A stretch of 64,000 nucleotides of DNA. Origin: Paraspadella gotoi. Its lineage: Eukaryota; Animalia; Chaetognatha. A program made the position numbers and the translations under genes. Position 1 is the first letter of the stretch; every line of letters starts with the position of its first letter. The stretch is taken from the NCBI GenBank assembly GCA_051294375.1, contig CM119266.1, forward strand, positions 26,897,932 to 26,961,931, written 5' to 3'. Below are positions 33,298 through 44,453 of this stretch, one piece after another. The notes under the pieces were generated by a model. It was given only the letters and a program-made list of their open reading frames with translations. It ran no database searches and was not told the origin of the DNA.

Positions 33298-34044
33298 CGT
33301 CGTTAGAAACAATACAGCTTTAGAGGGCCTAGTGTATCCCCCTCAATTTCGCCCACTCTTCACCGTGAACTATCCATTCTTGAAGCTTGGAGGGCGACCA
33401 TTTGATGCCTCGATGCGGATAACCAAAATTAAGGAGAAGATTTATTGACCAAATATAGCAGCTGATGGTGGAAATCTCAAGACGAGGAATTGAAGACGCC
33501 CGCGTTTTCCAGATACCCAATCCTCTCTTCCTCTCCCTCATATAAAAATAAGGAAAAAAAACCTTTCGCCCTAATGTCTCGCCATCGCCCGTTCAAAGTG
33601 CAGCAGCCAAATACTGCCAATGTATTTGGTTGAATTCCACTTTTCTAGTCAAAAGTTGGTTTGGCTACCATGAGTATTTCCGGGATCGTTAACTACCTTT
33701 TTCTCGTGTTCCTTATTTCTTTCGTGTTTTCTCTCTCTTTCTCTCTTTGTGCGAAAATTTGTATTCATCGCCGTTTATACAAAGATATAAGTAATTTGTT
33801 TAACTATCATGTTAACGAGTTCCTTTTTATGCTCTCTATGGTCCCTTTTATCTAGTCAGTTAAAGAATGTCTGTCTCTTTGTTCACTAAAGCTTGTTAGA
33901 AACGAATTTGATATCATGGACTTGGGTTACATTTAAGTGCAATCATTTAAGCTCTATTCTATTGACGAGGCATATTTTTACTTTTTTATTCGATCATTTA
34001 TCGGTTTTGTGTGTCAAAATGTAACAGGAATTGAAGGAAGAACG

Positions 34045-35277
34045 ATGATCGTCGCGAAAGCGTTGACGAGGGTGCTCCTTATTCTTCCGACTCTTAGCGT
34101 TAAATCGAATTTGGCGACCGTTTTATTTTCCTCTTCCCCGGCAGCCTCGCCAGCCCCCTCGCCCCTCAATGCTACTTGGGCATCTCAAAGCGGAATGTCG
34201 GCTCGAAAATTCCGAAAGGTTAATTTGTTTTGTTTTTTTTACTCTTCTTTCTCTAATCAAGATTTTTTTCTGCTATCTTATAGTCTTGGAACAGTTTCGT
34301 TTTTTCCTTCCCCGGTGCACACAAAGTTGTCGCTCCGATCAAAATCAATGCGGTGATTTCCCTTTCGACGGCGAGGGAGATCGTGACGGGACCCGGGGTC
34401 GCTCGTCGTTTGGACTGCCTCCCCTCCGCCAACAACGCTGCGTGCAACTTGTGCGACGTGCGATTCGAAACGGAAGTAAGGACGTTGATATGGTAAATTG
34501 GTAATGTCCCCCTCAGTATTGAGGCTTTAAACTAATTTGCAAAAGAGAAAATAAAAATCCGAATAAATCTCGCAGTTTTTCAACCACCGAATCATCCTCC
34601 CGCTTCCGCGACGCCGCTTCGCCGCTTTTGTCGGTTCCTACCGCGATCTCGCCTTTCGACGACGCCGCTTTTATCGCCGCCCCGCCGAATCCACTACGGC
34701 GGTGTCGACGGCGGCGCTTCCCACGCCCGCCGTCGACCGCGTCGATTACTTCCTCGGCTGGGACGCCGGCGTCGTTCGTCCGCGCAACATTTCCGTCGAT
34801 GAGCGGAATTCTAGTTTGGGGGGAAAAGACGACATAGTCTGCGTTCCACATTGGATGGTAAGTCGTTCACCTCCTACTTCGATAACACATAAGGATCGTA
34901 CTAATTCCTACTTCCTCTTTTAGACAACCGTCCAATGCACTGCCCGCGTAGAAAAAGCCCAAGGAAACCCAACGCTTTCGACGACCGAGGCGTCCTATCG
35001 TGTTTCCATGGTGATCGACCTTGAGTCTTTCGGTCTGCTCATCCGCAGACTGCTCGACGCCGCAGATGGACGAGTTCCTATCGGAAATACGGTAAATGTG
35101 TGATGGCTTGCGACGACTACGATTAAAGAACCATTTTTTTTTAATGACGAAACCCTCTTCTTTGCTCCCTCCACTCTTTCCACCCTTCATCATTTACAGA
35201 TGAACGTCGACGAAGACGCTTTTTTCAACATCATGGAAAAAGTTAACGGACGTCGTCTGTTGCGACACCCAGATTAA
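34045..35277 (+). CDS. Uncharacterised 5-exon gene
   Basis: GC-rich exons joined by phase-0 GT-AG introns give an open frame ending ...GRRLLRHPD*, followed by AATAAA. The start codon is uncertain (34045 or 34195). Confidence 0.6.
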
Positions 35278-36001
35278 TAAATAAAACAACAAAACAATTG
35301 ATCTTTTTACTATTGCTCCCATTTATTTTTGATATTTTTTAACTTACATCTTTCTGCCTTTTTACCTTTCAATTCTCCAAAACTTTTTACCTATCGCTGC
35401 TCGTATTTGGTTTTTTTATAACATTTGTGAGCCTCATGACCGTTTTACGAGTTTTTACCAGTTTTTATCATACGTCTCTTTTTAACTTTAATTTGATTTT
35501 TACAGGTAACATGATAGTTCCGTGGAGGAATCAGCCTGTAGCCATCTTCAATAAAATCCCGAAAGTAAAGCCAATCGCAGTGCTTCGTTTAAATACAATC
35601 GACCATAGATTTAGGAACGCGAGGTGTTATTTATGCACGAACCGTTCGTTGGAATAAAGATTTTATATAAATTGACAAACAGATTGTCAGTGTAAATATA
35701 TGTATAATTTTTGGCGAAACGTTTATAAATATTACAAGATTGCAACATTTGAATTTGCATATATAGATAGTATACCTAGCTAGTTTTATTCTTGTAAATT
35801 GTCTATAACATAACTTTTTTTCGCATAATATCAGAGAAGGTTTAATTTAGTTTTCGTGCGTAAAAATTCCTCGTTTACGGCCGACAGCTCGAACGAGACC
35901 AGCGACCATTGCTGTAATCCAGCGCATATTAGCCCAAAACTGCCGTCATTAAATTCGCCCCGTTTCATTGTCGCTCTTGGAAAATTGCGACCCAAAGGAA
36001 G

Positions 36002-39000
36002 ATGTCAAACCGCGACCCAACGATATTGGCCGAGACCCCGTCTTTTGTTCGACGTCGGGTTCGTCAGTCCTTCTCCGACTGTCCGTCCCTTCGCGCTTCA
36101 AGCCCTATCCCGATTCCGGAAATTGAACAAAAGATCCAGGTCCACCAGCGGTCCGCCTCTTTCTCCGCCGCCCGAGTCGTCAAGGAGGGAAGTCAACGTT
36201 TACGTGAGCGAGCCGAAACGCCGACGAAAGCGAGGCGCCGTCCCTCCGTAGTCGGCCTCCCCGACGCTTTTTCCGGTCTTTCCATGACCCCGGAATCTCC
36301 CATGGCGGGGACGACGACGACCACGGCGGTGATCAAATTTCATCCGCTTTTGATTTCTCAGACTCAACCGAAATTTGAGGAGGACGAAGACAAAGAAGAT
36401 CTAAGGGTAATACGTATAATTGGTCTGCCAGTTAAATTGCTATTATTTTCTAATTTGGTTGAAGGGTATGAAAAAGGGGAAAAGTGTGAGAATCGCCAGG
36501 AGAACTCAATAGGCCAAGCACCATTTTTTTACTCTAATTTTAAACAACAATTAGCCACTAAAGGAGATAAAAAAAGGGAACTATCCATTGGATCCAAGTC
36601 AAGTCTACGTACTGACTGAATCTATTTAATTCCTGGAAAGAGCCCGAATTGATTTTTTTATAAATAAGTCTTTACTTAATATCTTATACACATAATTTAC
36701 CAAATTACAGGAACCGAAGTCCAAGGTAAAGAACAGGAAGTGATGAGTCAAGTTGTTTAAGGAAGAGATCTCGATCTCATTAGTTTTATGACTCAATGTT
36801 CATTGAGGAGTGAAAAGTTGAAAACCGCAAAACTGCGATTGTTACATTTACAGCTGGCTAAAACTAGATTTAGGCTTAGGGTCATTATAATCTTTTATTT
36901 ATTTGAAAATTAGTTCCTTAAATTTATTCATAAGTATTCATTGTGGGATATCCAGTGTGTATTTGAAGTCAGCACGCGAAATCTTTTCTTTGGCGGAAGG
37001 AAGAGTTGGTTATTTCCTTCAAGTCAGCCTTTTAAAACGATTTATTATGGCGCGTAAATTTAAAAATTAAATTTCAAATTAAAAAAAGTTGGTAATGATC
37101 TCTAAGGTTAACTCGAACTATGCCATCGAGTCGTTTCTCCGGTATTACAGTAACTACTATATTTGAAAATATTTTTCCTCGCCACGAGCAGGACGAGGAC
37201 ATTTTCGATTCTCTTCCAACTCCGCCATCGACGCCGCAGCACGGTCTGCGCTGCGCGATTACGATGGCACCGGTTTCGGAGTCAGCCTCCCCCTTGTTTC
37301 CCGTCTGTTCGGTGCCGTCGACGGTCACGGAGTTTGACTCACTGCGGCCGCCGCCGATGACGTCGAGGTCAACATCGCCCTCTATTCCTATTCCAGGTTT
37401 TTTTCACTATATTTTAATTAACACGACTCAAAATATAGGGTCCAACTCCGGAAATAATATAAAATTTCGACTATGCAAATTCTTTTAAGTTGTCTTGACT
37501 AAATATTTGAGCATTAATTTAAAAAAAAAATTTACATTATACGTCTTGATTAATACATTAAATATTACTTGTCTTTTTTCACATTTTTTTTTTAAATCTT
37601 CAAATTGTTTGATGGATTCTGATAGAGCATAAAAAGTTACAGGAAATATAATTATTGCTTTTAAAAATTCCTAGTACGTTTTTTAAGTGAAAATATAAAA
37701 GTTTACGGTTTTTCTTATTTTTAAGCGAGTGCTTATCATGAAAATATTTAAAAAATAATTATACTTTGTGTAGACAACTTTTTATGAGCTATCTGAATAT
37801 GGTCCTAAAATTTAAAAATGATCAAAAAGTTAATTATTTGGGTATAGACTCTAGAGCCATATAAGAAATGTCTTGTCCATTGAAAGTCTATTTAAAAATG
37901 TATAAATTTTCATTTGAGCATGTTTATAATAATTACAATCATTCTAAATTTTTTTTAGTATATATATATATATAGTATATATTGGTTGTACCAATTTCAT
38001 ATAAATAATATAAAATGAAATATAAAGTAAAAATTTAAAAAATAATCACATCCTAGTCTTGTCTCGTTACCTACATATTTTTCTCTTATCGCGGAATTTA
38101 ATTTGAAAGTTAGCCAAAAACTTACGAGCGTTCCGACAAAAGTATCTTTGCCATAACCAAGACTAGGAAATACAGAAAGTAGTCGGTAAATATAAGTAAT
38201 AATCCCATCCGACAGGGAAATCCGTGCAATGCCCGGACGGCGACGACGACGATCCTAGCGTTTCTTCGGCATCGTTTTCCTTCGAGTCGGCGTTGGAACG
38301 ACGAGCATTTGACGGACGCGTTATGGCGGCGGTGTCGCCGCCGATTTTTCGTGTTGGCAGCGACAGCGATTCTACACAGAATTCGCCGGAGATCGGCCAC
38401 GGGTTATATGAATTGATTTTATCTTTCGATATCCTTAAAATGACTTTAAGAATTAAGATAGATTAATCTCACAATATCCCCGCCCAAATTGATAAAGGTC
38501 CGGGTCGTCGTCGTCCATTCGTGTTCCCAGTTTTGCCTTCAACGCCGCGCGGCGCCGTTATGGTCTTTTCGGCAGCCTCAATTTTGCAGCCTCGCCTCTT
38601 GGTCGAGAACCCGCCTCACTTTTTGAGATGAGGGTAAATTTAGAGTAAAGTTTCTGCAAGTCTGGGCGTACCTTTACTATAAAGACTCTTTTATAATCTC
38701 GCAGCTTTCTTCGCCCCCCCCTATGCACCGACCTGATACCGAACCGGAACTAGCCGGATCAGTGAGATCAGATCTGGACGCGGACGACGAAGGCCCTCCT
38801 CCGAGGCTGGTTCATTCAGTCGCCAACCTGCCGGACATTGTTCCCAGGTAGTACTGCGATATTGTTTATTAGGCCGGAACAGGTTGAAAGCTAAAGTTCT
38901 CTCAAATAAATAATGGTAAAGTGACTGTTAGAGAATATGAAAATAAAAATAGTTTTAAAAAATTATCTTATTAATAAGCGCACGGAAGCCTTTAAAGATT

Positions 39001-40138
39001 ATTTTATTACTATATAAAGTTGAAAAATTTTTTTTGAATTTTTCAATTTTTTTTGATAGATTTTGTTACATAAAGGTTATTAATACAAATTTTTTAAAAA
39101 ATTTTGTTTTATTGATAAAAATTTTAAAAAACTATAAAATTCAGCCAATGTCAATGATGATGATGATGATTTTTAAACGTTTTTTTTTGTTTTTAACCAA
39201 TTTCTTATCAAAATTTTAAAAAATTGTAGTACTAACTTTCATTTAATTTTTCAAGCTCTATAGGAATCCGTTCTTAAAAAATAAATTTTTTTAAAAAAAA
39301 TTTGTCATTTGTTATATATTAATAAATATTTAAAAGCTTCAGTGCAACAACCCAATGAACTAATTCAAAAAGTTGCATTGAAAATCTATTTAGTAATAGA
39401 AGGAAAAAAGAAATTTTTTTGAGAGAATTAGAAGTTATAAAAAGTGTTCAATTTTGGCCCGCCTTATTGTTTATGGCTGCATACGAATACGATAATACGT
39501 GATACTATTGTAACAACCGGGTTGCCTGTGATGGCCATTGGGATGGGGCATCTCACTGTTGGCTTTTAGGGGCTACCGATGCTTAGTGACGCCTCCTGTC
39601 ACTGGTGCGGTTACCCTAGGACGGTGTCGCTTTCCCAACGCAGAGGGAAGTCGTGAGGACTGTTGATGGATGGGACGCTTGGGATGGGGCCAATGGGATA
39701 GTGGATGTGAGGCGGTGTGAATATACTGCCACAATACCCTAATACTGACAGAGTAATTTAGCATTTTTCCCTATTCTTTCCAGCGAGGAGCGTCGGCAAA
39801 CGGAGTCTACTTCCGGTCAAATTCGCGTGGAACGTCAGATAATCATGGAATTAAACCTCATCGCGGAAGAGATCGAGGCGCGCCTAGATCGAGGGGATCG
39901 TTTTGACGCCGTCCCCGTTAGGACGCCGCAGCCGCTCCGCTCGTCCGGATCGGCGCCGGCGCAGACGTGGCGCCGCCTGGTTAGACGCATATCTTGGTGG
40001 ACGGGAAGGCGTCGTGTCCGCTCGGAAAATCAAGGCTGCGCCGTGGGCGGACAGGGCGCCCCGGCTCAAGACGATGGTGTCCCGGAAGGCCCATTAGCCA
40101 GGGCGGAAGACCGTATACAGAGATTCGAGAGTCCATAG
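36002..40138 (+). CDS. Uncharacterised Ser/Pro-rich disordered protein, ~6 exons, with a BH3-like helix in the last exon
   Basis: GC-rich exons near 36002-36406, ~37108-37397, ~38216-38402, ~38498-38633, 38705-38848 and 39784-40138. Only the last two were checked in frame. Confidence 0.55.
37497..38058. mobile_element. Degenerate MITE-like insertion
   Basis: TTGTCTT|GACTA...TAGTC|TTGTCTC; the AT-rich interior resembles 30500-30780 and 39000-39300. Confidence 0.5.
38870..39465. mobile_element. Non-autonomous Mutator-like element with a 9-10-bp TSD
   Basis: ATTGTTTAT|TAGGCCGGAACAGG...CCCGCCTT|ATTGTTTAT. Confidence 0.72.
39506..39733 (-). mobile_element. Solo LTR (subfamily A) with a decayed twister ribozyme and a perfect 4-bp TSD ATAC
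   Basis: ATAC|TATTGTAAC...CTGCCACA|ATAC. Clearly homologous to 26968-27222, but with catalytic G>C, T2 GC>AC and P4 disrupted. Confidence 0.85.
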
Positions 40139-41720
40139 GGATGTCACTCATTTGGTTTTTTCCCCCCAAGTTGACATTTTTAAAAGAGTTGCTGCTTTCG
40201 TTCGAATTTATATTAATACTATTATGAATATTGAATTAATGAATATTGTGGAGAGTAAATTGGAAGACTGGAATTTTTTCTTGACCTTGTTTTTATCTCG
40301 AATCCTTCCTTCAATAAGAAAGAGAGTGAGAGAGAGAGAGCTGCCCTCAAAAAATCTTTTATTCCTCCGAATTCTCAATTATTAATGTTTAACGTAATTT
40401 TTTTATTCCTTTGTCTCCCATTTTTTTATTGTATTCGTAGTATTCTGACTTAATCTCATCTTCGAAGTCTGAATCTCTTGCATTTCAGAAAACGATTACA
40501 TATTATTTTTTTTCACACGATTGGAAAGAATTCTCTGACCTTGGAATGCCGTAGGCACGCGTATTCTTTTCGAAGAATTTTTTTCCGTGTCATTCGCCTT
40601 TTTTGGTAATTGTACCGGTGCATTTGTGCTGTATATAATCTATTTTATATTGTATATATTTCGGCTGTCGTTTTCCTCCTCCGTTCGGATTTTAATTTAC
40701 GATAATGTTATCAGAGATTAGAGCGTAGAGGTAATATTATGTACCAGATTGTCTTGGTCTTTGGGCAAGTGTTCTCTCTCTACATAAATTTTCTAGCAAT
40801 TTAATGAAGTTTATTTTAGCAATTGGGAGTTTACTATTTTTCCGCGTGAATATTTCACATTTCCGCGATATTATACTTTTATTGCTGTGGATTTTAAAAA
40901 ACAATTATTTTAAAATGGTTCTTTTTCATTTAGGTTTTTCCATATTACACTTTGGAGCCCTGAATTCAAGATAGTTGGCTAGAAATGATTATTAAAAAAC
41001 TTTCTTCGTTTATTTGATAATTTAAAACTTTAATAATAATGAAACTCACCCCGCTAATTTAAATTTTTAATCGCTTCTGCAAAATAATCCGCTTTGTCCG
41101 TCTGTTGGCCACCTCTCGTTGATCAGTCAACCATTTAGAACAACTTATGTATGTAAAAAATACGATGTCTAATCGTCCGTCTGTGCAATTCAGCAGAAAT
41201 TTTGTAACTGGGTGAAAAATTAAACTGAAAATTTTATCTTATCTTACCTTAAATCGAATCTTTTTCACAAATTTTATATTAATAATAATAGATTTATAAT
41301 TAGCAGATTAGCTGATTATTCGGCTAAATTATCGCGGGCGTACGCGCGATTGTTCATCCTAACTTGTTTGGGACCTAATTAATTTTAGTTAAACTTGATT
41401 ATACTACTGTATGTAGTAGTGATGTGAAAATGAGAAAATTAAAATTTAGCATATAAAACATGAAAATAAAAGCCAATAAAAATACTTGGTAAATTTATTT
41501 TTTAATTTTATACATTATTGGGCACCAGTGAGCTATGTTTATATATAGTAAAAAGTATATAATAGGTTAAAATTTTTAGTTTTCCAGATATAACTGCTAA
41601 ATTTTGATTCTAAACTTTCACTTCACACTAGTATGTAGTTACTACTAGTTAAATATTTACTTTAGTTCACCCAAAGTGTTCTGAGATTTGAAAATAAATT
41701 AATTTCCCCTCACCACCGTA

Positions 41721-43748
41721 ATGGCTTCGCCGCTCAAAGACGCGTTTCTACCGCGTTCGGTCACCGCTCGAGAATTCACGACGACGCCCACCCTGCGGGG
41801 TCGCCGGCACGGACGGTCCGGCGGTGCCACCTCCGTCCCTGTCCCCTCTAAATCTGTTCCGGATTTAACCCGCTGTCTTCGCGTCTCGCGTCCCGCTTCT
41901 GGCCCCGCCCACTATTTGAAACAGAAGGAGATAGAGATGGACGACGGAGTTTCCCACTTGAAGCCAATTTATCACCGCAAAAACGATATCCTTTTCGTCG
42001 AATTTCCGACCACGGAAGACGCCAGTAAGGCCGCGAACATCCTGCGACAGTTCAAAGTCAGCGGAGTCTCGGCCACGATCGAGATGGAGAACTGCGCACT
42101 GCGCGAAAGCGGCGCGGCAGCGGGAGCGGCGGCGGCCGACGCACAGATGAAGCGAATCGACGCTTTGATTAAGGTTCACATTTGGAGAAACTTTTTTTTT
42201 GGTGATAAACTTGCAGATCATTCCATGGTGTCATTTTTTTCGAAGTCACATTATGACAATCCTCGCAAACCCGGAGGCGGAAGCGCATCTTTCAAACCGG
42301 CGAATCTGAAGAACCAAAAGGAATCTCATTCGAAAGCCAAAACTCGAGACGACGACGACGACGATCCCTTTAATCTTGGAGGCATCAAAGACCCCCGTGC
42401 GAACAGGGAACTTGATTCGTTGGCGCCGCGAAAGTCATCGCCTGGTTTAACGCCTGTTAATATGCTTTGTCAGTCTTCTCGTTCTAACCTCGGATCAGTT
42501 TCGGTCAATGCTTCCCCTGGCTCATACAGACCCTTAACACCGCGCGATAGCGATGGCGGGAACGGGAACGCGACCACTCCGATATTTCCCCCCAAATTGT
42601 CGCCCGAATCGGCTGAGAGAAACAGAGCTTTATGGCGCGGTGGGCCCGCGCAGCCTATTCCCCAACCGCCACCGACGTCGACGCCGCAGTTGGCAAAAAC
42701 GTCGACGCCGCGGTTGGATTCCACTTCGACCCCCGATTTTTCAGCCTTCGACGATCAATCGAAAACGGCGTTGCTGGGATTGGCAGATTTGATCGAGGCA
42801 CAGTGGCGCCGCTTGGACGCCTCATGGCAGGAGCTGGACCAGAGCCGACGCCGTCTCGATCAAGACCGTCAGACTTTGGAAAAAGAGCGCCAGACGCTCG
42901 ACCGAGAGCGAAGGGCGGTGGAGCAGCAGCGACAGGCGCTGGATCGGGATAGAAAATCGTGGGAGCGCGATCGGAGGTCGCTGGAGTCGGAGAAGCTGCG
43001 CCACAAAAACGACGCGGCCGTGGAATGGAAGAGGCTTTCAATGGAGCGTCGCCTCCTTCTGGAGCGAATTGTCGACGACGACGCTGCCGAATTCGGGACG
43101 CGCGACGTACGCAGATTCGACGATGCTAACCTCGTCATACATCGGGAGACGTGCCGTCCTATGGAGACCGCTGGGCCCGCCGCGCAAACCTTGGAGGACT
43201 TGTTGCGGTGGGACGATTATCCCGGACCTTCGCCGCTGACGCCGTCGTCGGCGAAGAATAAGGCGCCGATGTCGATGAATTTGCCGTCGCCCATATTAAG
43301 TCCCCGCGGGTCGACGCCGTCGCCGACGCCCCTCGACATCGTCCTCGATGAGTTGGATTTGCAGGGGTTCGAAGCCAAGGCGGCCGAAGCAGCCGTCGCC
43401 TTCCAATCGATCATCGATCGTAATAATAATGCCGCTTCGGGATTATGCGGCGGGGTCAATGAGAGTGAGAGTAAAGGGAAAGAGATGGAGGTATTAGAAA
43501 AAAAAGGGGTGGAAGAAGGGAAAGGGGTGGAAGAAACGGAGGTGGAAGAGAAAGAAATTATTGATCAGGGTGAAAGTGAAGGCGTGGCAAATTTTTTAGA
43601 TTGCAATGACGGCGGTCACAATGAGGAAGAAAAAGAGCAAAATGACGAGTGTTCAACCGATGACTTCGAAGTCCGCAAATCGGAACATCTGGGTGATGCC
43701 CGGGGGTCCGACGACCCTCCTCCGTTAACCGTTATCGATGACCCGTGA
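41721..43748 (+). CDS. Uncharacterised protein with a degenerate RRM, Pro/Ser-rich region, coiled coil and acidic tail (probable in-frame intron 42174-42245)
   Basis: 675-codon ORF; ILFVEFPTTEDASKAANIL is RNP1/helix-like; heptad repeats LDQDRQTLEKERQTLDRERR. Confidence 0.7.
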   Translation: MASPLKDAFLPRSVTAREFTTTPTLRGRRHGRSGGATSVPVPSKSVPDLTRCLRVSRPASGPAHYLKQKEIEMDDGVSHLKPIYHRKNDILFVEFPTTEDASKAANILRQFKVSGVSATIEMENCALRESGAAAGAAAADAQMKRIDALIKVHIWRNFFFGDKLADHSMVSFFSKSHYDNPRKPGGGSASFKPANLKNQKESHSKAKTRDDDDDDPFNLGGIKDPRANRELDSLAPRKSSPGLTPVNMLCQSSRSNLGSVSVNASPGSYRPLTPRDSDGGNGNATTPIFPPKLSPESAERNRALWRGGPAQPIPQPPPTSTPQLAKTSTPRLDSTSTPDFSAFDDQSKTALLGLADLIEAQWRRLDASWQELDQSRRRLDQDRQTLEKERQTLDRERRAVEQQRQALDRDRKSWERDRRSLESEKLRHKNDAAVEWKRLSMERRLLLERIVDDDAAEFGTRDVRRFDDANLVIHRETCRPMETAGPAAQTLEDLLRWDDYPGPSPLTPSSAKNKAPMSMNLPSPILSPRGSTPSPTPLDIVLDELDLQGFEAKAAEAAVAFQSIIDRNNNAASGLCGGVNESESKGKEMEVLEKKGVEEGKGVEETEVEEKEIIDQGESEGVANFLDCNDGGHNEEEKEQNDECSTDDFEVRKSEHLGDARGSDDPPPLTVIDDP

Positions 43749-44453
43749 GGATTAGTTATTGTATTGGTATTGATTATTGAACTTTCATAAACTGAGCGAA
43801 TTAGAAATGTTACTTGTCGTTTCCTGTTTAATCAACTTTTGTGTTTTGTTTTTTCCTTTTATAGAAATAGCGTTTCTAGTACTTTCGAGTTTAGCAGTTG
43901 TTTTGATCTGATGCTTCATCCCTCGATGGTGTATTTTTTTAGAATTAGTCATTTTCTTAACTCACGAAAATACGTGAACTGGTTTTCTTCAATTATGTAC
44001 ATTTTTCCTCCTGATTTTTTTGTTTTTTTGTCGAAGGCCTGTGTTTTTTGCTTTTCTATCATCCGAGCTGAAGGCTGGAGTCGGATCCGCTTACGTTTGT
44101 CCTACGTATTGATTACCAGTTACCCGCCTCAAGTTGTCCGTTGTTAACGTGAAATAAGAACTATACTAATCGATTCCATCGTATGTTTGGAAACAGAAAC
44201 ATTCAGTCTTAATCTGGTCTCTCAAAGGTGAAATGTTTCAAACAAAAGGCGAACGGATTGTATCTTACGTGCTTTGGTTATTGTGGTAAATTTTTTCCAC
44301 AAAAAATGAAAAGAACTCGTCTTTATACAGTTGTAAATTCTTTGTCCTCAATTTAACTTAAAATTTTCAGGCCCTCGTATAATAAAGTTAACATTTCAGT
44401 TTGACTGGTATCATATCATATCTTTTGTTTTTACCTGACAAAAGCCTGCTACC

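Noticed and set aside
33329-33541. Minus-strand 70-aa ORF after Rabaptin
   Set aside because: Lies in the probable Rabaptin 3'UTR, with no family match or splice support.
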